Source: Intoshia linei
Lineage: Eukaryota; Animalia; Orthonectida
DNA: 32,940 nucleotides
Reading direction: 5' to 3'
NCBI GenBank assembly: GCA_001642005.1
Contig: LWCA01000303.1
Coordinates: 1 to 32,940, forward strand
The notes under the pieces are model-generated. The model did no database searches. It saw only the letters and a list, made by a program, of their open reading frames with translations, and was not told the DNA's origin. Each line of letters begins with the position of its first letter. Within the stretch, counting starts at the first letter, position 1. Both the position numbers and the translations under genes were made by a program. Below are positions 22,549 to 32,940 of this stretch, piece by piece.

Positions 22549-23040
22549 TACTTACTTATATAATATGCTACGCAATATTTGTTTGTGTGTGTGTTGAAAA
22601 ACCCAATTGTCCTTTTTTTTGAAAATCAAACAAGTTGGAGAATTTAAAATAATATATCTTCAAGCCAAAATCACAAATTACCCTTTTTTAATGAAAACAA
22701 CCCTAGAATTTAAAAAAATTTTAATCTGAATAAGTGATGCCTTCACGGTCAAAAAATCATTTTAGTTATATATTTTTTTTCCAAAATATTTTATTAAAAC
22801 AAAAAATATGAAATAATTAACAGTCCGAAAATTAAAAAAATAAAAGATTTTCTGATAGAGTTTATTCCAGTTGATATTAAGACAAATTTTCAACCCCAAA
22901 AATCAACGCATTCCCGGTGAGAAATAATTTTTAATATATTATCAACCAATATTTCGATTAAAATAAAAATTGAAAATGTGAATATTGATCCTACAATTTC
23001 AAAAAAAATGTGCATTGAATGTCTACACATTTCCAAATGA
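22549..23040 (+). mobile_element. Helitron-like repeat copy with internal deletions
   Basis: 5' tacttacttatataatatgctacgc. The body is the reverse complement of 9140-9690. Confidence 0.7.
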
Positions 23041-23248
23041 AAAAGTAAACTTTGTTCATTAATTAATGTAAGTAGGTTTTTGTAAAAGAATTAAAAGTTA
23101 CTAGAAACCTACATAATATCTTTCAATGCTTTTATTAATATTTAATGAAATAAATTTCTACGTCTCCAACCAACAGTATGCCCTGTCTTCTAAACAGGGA
23201 ACCTAAATTTTTTTTATCGCTTCGCTAAATTTTAAATTTTAATTTTAA

Positions 23249-23300
23249 AGGGCCCGGCCCTTTGCTTAGCCCAGGGCCCCAGTGGCTTAAGACGGCTCTA
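23249..23300. mobile_element. GC-rich hAT-like MITE end
   Basis: gggcccggccc...gggccccagtggcttaagacggctct: GGGCCC subterminal motifs. Confidence 0.4.
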
Positions 23301-23319
23301 TATATATATTTTAACTGGA

Positions 23320-23892
23320 AAAAGCTGTATTTAATGTGATCTTTTTTTAAAATAATGGGTAATTTGTGGTTTTGACCATAAAGATATAAGTTTTTGAAAT
23401 TGAAATTTATGATCATGTTAATGATTTTAAAATCTACAAGATCAGAATGTAGATTTTAATAAATTCTATAATATAAAATTGATGTTTTTCTATTTAATTA
23501 CAATTAAGATTAAAAATTTTGTGTGTGTTAGTTTTTGTATAACTGGATGAACTGTAAATTTTTTTAAATTCCGGGACTTTTTTAATTTTTTAAAAAAAGG
23601 GTATTGTGGGTTTTAATTAGTTAATATTTATTATTTTAAAATCTGTATCAGAAAGTATATATTACCGTGTTATAGAGAGTAATATTATAAGTTCTAGGAC
23701 TCGTTTGATTTTTAAAAAAAGGATAAATGGGTGTTTAGACCGGTAAGATGTAAGTTTCTGAGATTGACATTTATCTTATTTCAACACCGGAAAAAACTGT
23801 AATAGAAATGTGAAATTTTTAAAACTTAAAGACTCTTAGTTATTGAAATAAACACACAGACAAAGAAATAAAGAGTTTTATATAAGTTAGGA
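23320..23892 (-). mobile_element. Helitron-like repeat fragments (5' end A|TC at 23892)
   Basis: taagttaggat terminus plus the family body, partly duplicated. Confidence 0.65.
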
Positions 23893-24040
23893 TAATGTAC
23901 AACATACAATGTATATAATCTTATACTATAGATCTGTGTAAATATAAAAATATTATGATTTTATATTATCGAATCTACTTTATTTTTCTTATTAAATTCT
24001 ACTTTATTAGAATAAACATTTTAAAAATAAAAATAAATAA

Positions 24041-27000
24041 ATGCATTGTAAAAAGGGAAGTAATGTCAGTGAAGATGAAGTGGACATAAAACTTACTTCT
24101 CGGTTGTCTAATCTTCACATAAGTATATTCGAACCGCATTTGAATGTAGATATTCATTCAGAAACTTCTTCGAATAGCTCCGATGAGGTTAGATCTGACA
24201 GAAAGAAAAGATCAAATGATCGAGCAACTAATATTAAAAGAATCAATTATATTATTGATGAAATTATTTCTTCTGAAAATACATTTGCAGAAGCTCTTAA
24301 TTCGATTAATAAAGTAATTTTTTGTCAAAAATAATTTTTCATTTTAGAGGTCAGTTTTAAAAAATATGAAAAGTAAATTTAAAATAACAACATAACCAGC
24401 TCGGTGGTTTTTAAATGTTCAATTTTGGAAAAATGAGGCTCGAAGAAGATTTTCAGTATAGTCAGTTCTGAGCTCCACAACCAGTTCAGTAGTTTCTAGA
24501 TTAATATGTTCCCAAGATTTTGGATATTTTAATAATAACAATTACATCTTATAAAAATGAATCCTTTATAACTTTTACAATATTTATAAATTCCATACAC
24601 CAATTATTTATAATTATAATTAATTTTAATGCCGATAAAATACGCTCCATGGCTCATGGGCCATGGTTTGGACCAGTCTGATATATTATATCATCTTTTA
24701 TTCAAAATTTTGATTAATTTCATTTTTATTATATTTTGCTTGTTATACATGTATTTGTTATTATTAAAAATTATAAATTTAATAATAAAATGTGTTTTGT
24801 AATAAAAGTTTAGCCATTTAAAGAATTTATTGAAATCAAACGAAAGGAAACTAACGAAGTTATTGTGAGGCCTCAATTGTTAGATGAAATACTTGGACAA
24901 ATACCAAAATTGTATGAAAATTCAGTAACTTTAATAGACAAGCTTAAAAAATCAAATAGAATTAGCGTGATCACGTACTATTATCACTTTATTTAAATAA
25001 AACTCTATAAATATGTTAAATCGGTAAGTTCAATTCAAGCGCTATCCTTAATGACAAAATCAATAGTTTTTATTTAAGACTAACTACAGAGATTACTCCC
25101 GTTTGTTAAAAAAATTTAAAAAACTCTCAAACCCTTTTTAAATTATACCCACTTCAAGAAGTTTTTATTTGTCATGGACAAGAGTGGTTTATTTACTTGT
25201 ACCAGCAAATTTTTTTAATTATATAAATGACTATTTTATTAAATATAAACTAATACAATGACGCTTGTGAGTCTCAGAATTTTTTAATGCTTAGAACTAA
25301 GTACTAGGAAATGGGAATTTTTCCTTTATGGATGTTAAAATTTTGCTTTTTATTTTGTGATTGGATTAAGAGTTTTTTCTTGTAAAGTTTGGTAAAATCA
25401 AATTTTTTCAAAAAATATCGGAAAATAGATTTTACCTTAACTTAAGGTTTAAGGGTTGGTCAAATTGGAATTTTTATTTTGTGTATGTATTAAGATGTTT
25501 TTCTTGTCAGAGTTTTTTTAAAATTGGAAGAATGCATTAAAATTGTACAATGTACATAATATATTTTTTTGATTTAGTCGAAGTCAAAAATATAAAAAAA
25601 AGGATACAAATCACAGTATAATAAAATATATTTTGGATCAAGAATATTTCAATTGCTACAAGACTTATATGACTGAATTCAATAAATGCATTTCTCTTTT
25701 TCACCAAACTCGAATCAATAAACCAAGTTTTAACAATGCATGCTTAGAATACGAAGTAAATGTTTATTTTTTTATGTAACATTGAAAAATTTAAAAATTA
25801 TGCACATTATACATTTACAAGTTAATTTTAATTACATTAATATTTTTTTGTTATTAATTTTACCAATTAAAAATTTAACTAACTAACATATATTTAAAGT
25901 AAATGTTTACAATTTATATAATTTAGAAAAGCTCAATAATGAATAACTTAAAAATTGAATATAATTTGATAAAACCTGTACAAAGACTTCCACTACTTCG
26001 TTTATTAATATTTGGTAAAATTTTTATTATTTATATCAGGAGTCGGTAGCCAGTGGCCCGCTGGTCAAAAGTGGCTGACAGAATAATTTTGGTGGCACTT
26101 TGAGTAAATATGTCAATTATTTATTTTAAAATTTTTATCAATATAACCGTTAACTAATACTGGGATTAAAATTTTAATTAAAATGTATTATTACTTTAAT
26201 TAAATGTGAATTATAAATTTATCAAAATTAATCCAGCTTTGATATTACCTACATATATATAGTTGTAAAATTTATTTTTTCATAGGGATAATCATGTATG
26301 ATGTGTAAATTTTGTTGTAAAAATTCATGTATAATTTTTTCATATAAAAAGTTGCCCACGACATGCAAAAGGTTGTTGACCCCTGAGTTACACAAATACA
26401 TTAATGTATATTATTTTAAATTTTTATTTTTTGACAGATTATGAAAGACACTGTGATGAATCGAGTTATGAACACAAATTATCAGAAGGTAATATGAGTG
26501 TATATTATACAGTGTATAAATAAAAAATAAAATAATATTATTAATTTTTTTACCATAATTTTTGTGGATTCGTTTAATTATGAAAATTTCAAAAATTAAA
26601 ATATATATTAATAAGCCTAAAATTATCTTCAGAATGTTAAAAATTTGATCAAAAAAAATTTTAATTAAAGAAACCGACGAAAATTTCGTGAAAAAATCAC
26701 TATGATAAATTAGTAAGATTATGTTGATCATTTAGTTGTATCGCTCAAATGAATGTCGCTCTAGAACAGAGGCGGTGAAGTTTTTACTGTTCGAATGCCG
26801 TACTAACGTCTTTAAAAAATTTAATAAGGCCGTACCTTTACAAATAACATTTAATCAAATACAGCAATTATTATTAGACAGAATGTATGTATAATATTAA
26901 AAATAAAGTAAAAACAGTCAAATTCTAAAAATTGTCATAAATAGCATAAATTCCAGAAAAAAAAAATTATAAAAACCTATTTTGTCATTTTCAATGTGAT

Positions 27001-30000
27001 AATATATATTCAGTACCAATTTAATAAATACTTAAAAATAACAATTATATATTTATATCAACTGGAATAAGCTCTATCAGAATAATCTTCTTTTTTTTAA
27101 TTATCGGACAGTTAATTATTTCATATTTTTTGTTAATATAATATTTCGGAAAAAAATATATGAATACTAAAATGCATTTTTGACCGTGAAGGCGTCACTT
27201 ATTCAGAATGAAATTTTTTGTGTGTTTTAACAGGATACAACTGTACCACCTGTAAATTCTTTTAAATTCTAGGGTTGTTTTTATTAAAAAAAGAAGGGTA
27301 ATTTGTGTTTTGGCCCTGAAGATATAATTTTTTTAAATTTAAATTTATGATAATGATATGATAATGTTTATGATTTTAAAATCTGTATCAGCGTATACAT
27401 TTTTTTAAATTTTCCAACTCGTTTGATTTTCAAAAAGAGGGACAATTGGGGTTTTTAACCCGTAAGATGTGAAATTGGGAGGTTGAAATTTATCTTATTA
27501 TACGTCCCGGAAAAAACTGTAATTAAAATGTTATTTGATAAAATTCTAAAAATGGTAATTATTTCAATAAAGTGGAATACACACACAAATAAAAATCACG
27601 TCGAATATTATATAAGTAAGAATAAAATCATTTTCAATGAAAAATAATTCAAATTGTTCACAAGGCCGTACCAAATCGTCAATAAGGCCGTACTTTCCTC
27701 AGCTCTGCTCTAGAGAATGAATGTTAATAAAATTATAAATACAGTAATACATATTGATTTCTACTAAAATTATAATCTGATAAAATATATGTAGTTTCCA
27801 CTGTATGAGTCACCATTTATTATCGGTCGTTCAATTATATAATATTAATTTTTTGTAAATTTTAGACGCCTTAAATATTGTAACCAAAATTGTAGAAGAT
27901 TCAAATAATTTGCTTAAAATTTCTGTATCTATATTTATTAAATTATCATAATGTATCATCTTAGGACAGTGCACTAAAGATTCGAGAAATTCAGGGTAAA
28001 CTTGTTGGAAAATACAGCTTTAACAAATCGCAAATTTTCATTAAAGATGGAAAAGTTCATAAACAAGGAAGAAAGCAGTTTTTTGAATCTAGATTAATAT
28101 TGGTTATTTTAAGATGATAATAATATAAACCATACTTTTGCAGTGTATAATGAAAAAAATTTAGTTTAATGATGTTTTATTGTATACGAATATTGTTCGG
28201 TATGGGTTGCTTTTACGATATGCTTATAATTTGGACAGTTTGACGGTAATACATAGCAGTGATTCTCAACCTTTTGTATCGCGATGGGTTGACAAACACT
28301 GATATAAATATTTTGCATCAACTCGGTTATTTTGGGAAATTTAGTGTATTTTTATACCATAATAAAAATATTTATATGTCAGTTTATTTTTTTATTTTTC
28401 TTACAAAAAACTTTGTCAATTCCTTAAAAATCATTGAAAATGTATTGATAATTTACAATATCATGGTTAATTAATTAATTAATTCTTTAGGTTAAATCCT
28501 CCGATGACAGAGTGGCAGATAGTTACAGTTTTGAACTTATTACATCCACAAAAAGTTCAAAAATATTATGCACGTACTATTAAAATTTAATTGTTTGACT
28601 TGTAATTAAATTCAGATCGAAAGAAGATAGAGACGATTGGGTTAGCATAATAGACAAGCAAATTAAAGCATATCACCTTTTAATCAAACACGATGATGTT
28701 TCGAGTGAATCAGTAGAATTTAATTTAATTTCAAATTTTTAATGAGATTTAGGAAGACGAAGACATGTATATTGGATTTTTAGCTCCAACTTTGTTAGCA
28801 GACAAACAAACATCATCTTGTCCATATTGTACAAAACCTTTTACCTTATCTTATAGACGCCATCACTGTAAATCATGTGGGAAGGTAATTGTTAATTAAT
28901 TCACAATATTATGTGCCAATGTAGTATAACCCGACGGTTGGATTAGACCATTGGATCTCATAAAATTGTAAAAATATTTTTATGAATGGTAAAATGAGTT
29001 TGGAATCATTGCGTATATTTTGTATTTGTGAAAATTTAAAAAATTTTATAAAAAATATTGATAAAGTACGAAAAATTTAAATTGATAAATTAAACTTACT
29101 TATTGTGGAACTATCTAAATATGACCTTCCATCACTAAATAAATCAGCCATTCCCCTAATTTTTTGTAACCTATTTCCGGTAAATTTTTATTGGTTAAGA
29201 ACCCTGAAATCACATCCTTACTAATTTTTGGAGATTTACCAAAATTTAAGTCAATTAAATATTTTTTATAGTTTTTCATTACCAAAATTTGCCTTCAAAT
29301 ATCAAAAATAATTTTTTTTTGTAAATTACAATTTATCACTAACGTTGCGAATGGCGGATTGAAAATATCATTTTTGATTAATTAATTAGATTGTTTGCAA
29401 GAAATGTTGTTCGTGCTTAGCTCCGTTGAGGTACGAGCGTTTTAAGTCATGCAATGTTTGTTTTATTTGTTATTTCATTTTAAAAGAAGGTACTAGAATA
29501 CGTATCATAATAAACACTTTAATATAGCATGTACTTCACAAAATCAAGATTCCAAGAAAAAATCTTCATTTCATGAAATTATTCATGACGAAGCCTATGT
29601 AAATCGACTATCAAAACGATTTAAAATGCCAGTTTCGGCATTAAAAAGAAAAAAAAATTATTTCGAGGTTTTTTAGTTTGGTTACCAGAAAAATTTTTAG
29701 AAAATTAGAAAGGACATGATTTCTTCGTCTGATGAAGTTATTCCAGTACAAGTTCGTTTATCCAAGAAAAAATGGTCAAAATACTACATGATGATTGATG
29801 TTTATAGCATATATTTCATGAAAGCTGAACATGTTTTATTTGTCATGATTTAGTTATCTCATTTTTAGGACGAATTTACTCGGAAGGAATTTTTACTCAA
29901 CGAGCTACAAATTGTAATTAATTTGTTTATTCTTATTCATACAAGTACAAAATAATTTTCGCGGCTCCAGATAAATTATGTCGATAAAAATTGTCCTACA

Positions 30001-30913
30001 AATATATAACTAATATACGACAAATTATAAGTATACATCATTTTATTTTCTATCGAATTTTATTGAGGTCCGTGTAACCCTTGGGGTTAAAAATTATATT
30101 TCTGGATTCATGGAATTGAAAAAAAACATTAAAAAATTTTATCAACTTTTGTTAATTTCTATAGGAGAATTTTTAATACTTATTACAGATTTGCCAAATT
30201 TTTAGGGAATTTATCCCAAACCCTAGACGACCGGTAAATTATTATTTCAAAAATCCCACTTTAATCCATCATTAATAAAATTTACAAGTGTTAAAAATAA
30301 AAAATACTATTTTAAACCCTTCAGCAAAAATCCCCTTTTTCCAATATTTTTTTGTAAAAAACGATTTTATAAAATCGTATATGAATAACCTCTTATTCCA
30401 ACCTCAAAATAAAAACCAATTTTAGCAACGCTTAAGGTAATTTCATTTTTTTCCAATATTTTTTTGAAAAATCCCATTTTATTAAATCTTATGAGAAAAA
30501 ACTTTAAAAAAACATTTATTATTAAATGTTTTATATTTCATGTTTCCTTTGGGGTCCAAATAATAAATATTTTGAAATGGTGGTCCGTGCACTATTTGAA
30601 TTTGGAACCACGGTCTATTTGGGACTAAATAAATGAAATTATTATCTATATAAGTTTGTGTTATTTTAGGAAGAAAAGGAATCTACAAACACCTTACATT
30701 TGATGCATAAATGTAGACGGAAAATAGAAATAAAATTTAATACCGATATTAGTTTTAACAAGTAAGTTTTATAAATACTGTCGATTCGGTCCTATTTGAG
30801 CTGAACCTGAAAATTTTATTTTTTTATATTTTAGAAATTTATATAAAGTGGCCGGAAAAATACGTACTATCACTTTTAGTTTATTGGGAATAAATTTTTA
30901 TTCGTCATCATAG
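24041..30913 (+). CDS. FGD6: FGD5/FGD6-like Rho (Cdc42) GEF: DH-PH-FYVE-PH
   Basis: About 17 in-frame GT-AG exons. DH: [122 protein letters not shown]..VCFIC (28753-28884 and 29390-29489). Second PH: KKKWSKYY. The last exon is tentative. Confidence 0.9.
26037..26385. mobile_element. old hAT (Charlie-type) MITE in an FGD intron
   Basis: Ends caggagtcggtagcc...ggttgttgacccctg. The TSD is degenerate (atttatat/agttacac). Confidence 0.6.
26767..27707. mobile_element. hAT MITE with TSD CTCTAGAA/CTCTAGAG, containing a Helitron-like copy
   Basis: Ends CAGAG...CTCTG. TSD at 26759-26766 and 27708-27715. Subterminal GGCCGTAC repeats. Same family as 10023-10468. Confidence 0.85.
27055..27622 (-). mobile_element. 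Helitron-like repeat copy nested in a hAT MITE
   Basis: Close match to 9310-9860. Confidence 0.75.
30060..30612. mobile_element. inverted degenerate copy of the CAGTGGTTCCC hAT MITE family
   Basis: 30520-30612 is the reverse complement of 14273-14365. Confidence 0.65.
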
Positions 30914-31037
30914 ATAAGTAGTTTTACTTTACATTTATCACCAAATAAACTAAACTTGATAGTACATATTTTTTCTGGCTACCTTAATTTATATTAAAAA
31001 TAAATCATTCTATATTTTTATCGAAAGAATAGGTGGA

Positions 31038-31617
31038 GGCGAACATTCAGTTGAGCGACATAATCATATTGTTGATTTTTTCACCAAATTTTTAAAGATT
31101 TAAAGATAATTTCGGCAACAAAATTTGATAGGGTTTTTTAAGGGAATTTTGTTAAACAATTTTTAAAAATTTTGAAGTTAATTTTGGGATCAAAATTTTG
31201 TATGGTTTTTTAAGTGAAGGTTTTTAATATTTTAATGTATCTTCAAAATCTTTAAAAATTGAGTAAAAAAAATGTTTCCTTAAAAACTTTTCAAAATTTT
31301 TCCTAAAGAAACCCACAAAAATTTCTTGAAAAAATCAATAATATGATAAATTAGTAAAATCGATAATTATGTCGCTCTAGAGCAGGGGTACACAACCTGC
31401 CGCCTTACGATCGCATGCGGCCGTGGGCAATATATGTCATCATAATGCAATATATCATTTTATTTCAAATTCAAGGGAAATATTTTTAATTTTTCCGACT
31501 TTTTCAAAATAGATTTAAACTCTCAAAATCAAATTAAATTTTGTGCGGCCGTAGTATCAATGAGTAAAGTAGCTTTGCGACTGAATTTGTGCACCTCTGC
31601 TCTAGAGAATGGACGCC
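31038..31617. mobile_element. TIR MITE (GGCGnnCATTC....GAGCGACATAAT) whose right TIR is split by a hAT insertion
   Basis: Left ggcgaacattcagttgagcgacataatcata. Right attatgtcgctctagag[insert]ctctagagaatggacgcc. Confidence 0.7.
31383..31599. mobile_element. 217-bp hAT (Charlie/Buster-type) MITE with perfect TSD CTCTAGAG
   Basis: TIR CAGGGGTACACAA / TTGTGCACCTCTG matches 11/13. TSD at 31375-31382 and 31600-31607. TGCGGCC motifs are present. Confidence 0.92.
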
Positions 31618-31874
31618 ATAAGGGGTTATTTCCCCAAAAAAAATAATATTAATAATGAAACTACATTTTCTACTATTGTTAAACATTGTTTACATTACTT
31701 TTTAACTTGACTTGTTCAAAATTAGACCCATCAAGATTATATAGAACAGAATTGACATAAGCATTGTAATTAATAATTTTAACAAAATTTTTAGATATAA
31801 AACGATGATAAAAACAAACATACCAAACTAAATTGAAACAAATATTAAATATAAATATTTTAATATATTATAAA

Positions 31875-31942
31875 TTCTCGCAGCACACCTCAAAATCTGA
31901 GTCGACACGCTAGTGTCGAGGTAAACAATTTGAGATACACAA
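31875..31942. mobile_element. degenerate hAT MITE right end with hairpin
   Basis: Hairpin tcgacac-gcta-gtgtcga followed by tttgagatacac. Confidence 0.45.
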
Positions 31943-32214
31943 TTTGACATAAAAAATGAACTGTGATTATAACTTCATCAATAAAAAACATATTTGCTTT
32001 GCTCGTGTTTAACTCAGACAAAAATATAAATATTGTATTGTTGTGTACCTATTTTCATCTATAGATTCGCACTTTTAAACTTTTTTCTATTTTACATTTT
32101 AAGTAGGTTTCCTATACTAATAGGTATCAAATTTAAATGAAAGATTAAAATGTATTTGACAAATAAACATAAATACGATTAATACAATACTTTTAATTGT
32201 CATATACATGCTCT

Positions 32215-32757
32215 TCATTTTAACTGTTTGTATTTTTGATATTTTGAGTAAAGAGCATTCATAGAGTATGTCATTAAATGAAATGCAAGAATAGTTTCAA
32301 TCATTCCACTTGTCAGCATAAAATGCTCAACATAATATCTATTGGGTTTTAAACTTTTATACGCATTCAAAGGTAAAACAATTAATTTAATTCTAACAAT
32401 GAGAAAAGCCAAAATAAAAAAACATTGTATAAACATTGCTTTGATAAAGTATGGGATATGATTCTGATTTAAAATTATCATTCGAAATGTGTCCATAAAC
32501 GAAGGTTCCCTTTACAAAAACCCAAAATTATAATTGGTACCATCTTCGTTAGACATTGTTGAATACTCAGCATCAATGATTTGTATTTTTTCCAAGGTTC
32601 TTTGTCTAAATAGATAAAAAATGTACACAGATGGTATACAAATAATGACACCAACTACAGCTTGAGTTATGTTGCAAACTAGAAGCATTGCAATAAATAT
32701 AAATGCTCCATGTCCACCAAAATTTATTATTATAATAACTACTCCGATATTTATCAA
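32215..32757 (-). CDS. multi-pass membrane protein, C-terminal part (5' structure unresolved; may be a pseudogene)
   Basis: Two same-frame ORFs (32512-32757 and 32215-32496) with about 4 hydrophobic segments, separated by one TAA. A possible start MENSTIKA lies at 32899. Confidence 0.5.
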
Positions 32758-32940
32758 ATAATTTTAATATAGTCAAATTACACTAATTTTTCATATTTGA
32801 ATTTGTAGTGAAGAATAATTGATTATTCTATATTATAATAGCAAATTCGTACGTTTGAGCTTTTAAACGTGGTACCGCCTTTATAGTACTGTTCTCCATG
32901 TTTAGTTATACAGTTTATTTTTTTAAATTTGTTTCTAGCT

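Noticed and set aside
249-28474. Remaining short ORFs (249, 1766, 3443, 4367, 8983, 11976, 13510, 16393, 23225, 24691, 26411, 28259)
   Set aside because: They fall in introns or TEs, antisense to real exons or in alternative frames of them, as expected by chance in AT-rich DNA.
29946-29987. Alternative FGD terminal exon YKIIFAAPDKLCR*
   Set aside because: The downstream exon 30670-30761 (LHLMHK..IKF) fits the FGD second PH domain better. It cannot be excluded as a minor isoform.
21700-32757. Stop-codon reassignment (TAA/TAG as sense), suggested by in-frame TAAs in the Cys-rich and membrane-protein genes
   Set aside because: The conserved FGD, CEP43, FANCM and claudin exons contain no in-frame TAA or TAG and end in TAA/TAG, so the standard code fits.

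Overview
Very AT-rich (roughly 78-80% AT) animal genomic DNA. Spliced genes carry many 33-45 nt GT-AG mini-introns plus a few introns inflated by transposons. This architecture fits a highly reduced invertebrate such as an orthonectid (e.g. Intoshia), but that taxon assignment is inference only. Gene models read by hand, in order: 3' end of a FANCM-like gene that stops before the ERCC4/HhH module (+); an intronless 217-aa orphan (+); CEP43/FGFR1OP (-); a multi-exon coiled-coil gene (-); a claudin/PMP22-superfamily tetraspan with a very long second loop (+); a probably decaying Cys-rich + Ly6/uPAR GPI-anchored surface-protein gene (+); an FGD5/6-like DH-PH-FYVE-PH RhoGEF (+); and the 3' part of a multi-pass membrane protein (-). 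Introns and intergenic DNA are packed with non-autonomous DNA transposons: hAT MITEs with 8-bp TSDs, piggyBac ends, pogo-like MITEs and about 8 copies of a Helitron-like family. These include a four-level nest and two independent hAT insertions into the same 8-bp site in the terminal repeat of another MITE family. No prokaryotic systems, CRISPR arrays, tRNAs or rRNAs were seen. Protein assignments rest on remembered family motifs, not database searches.
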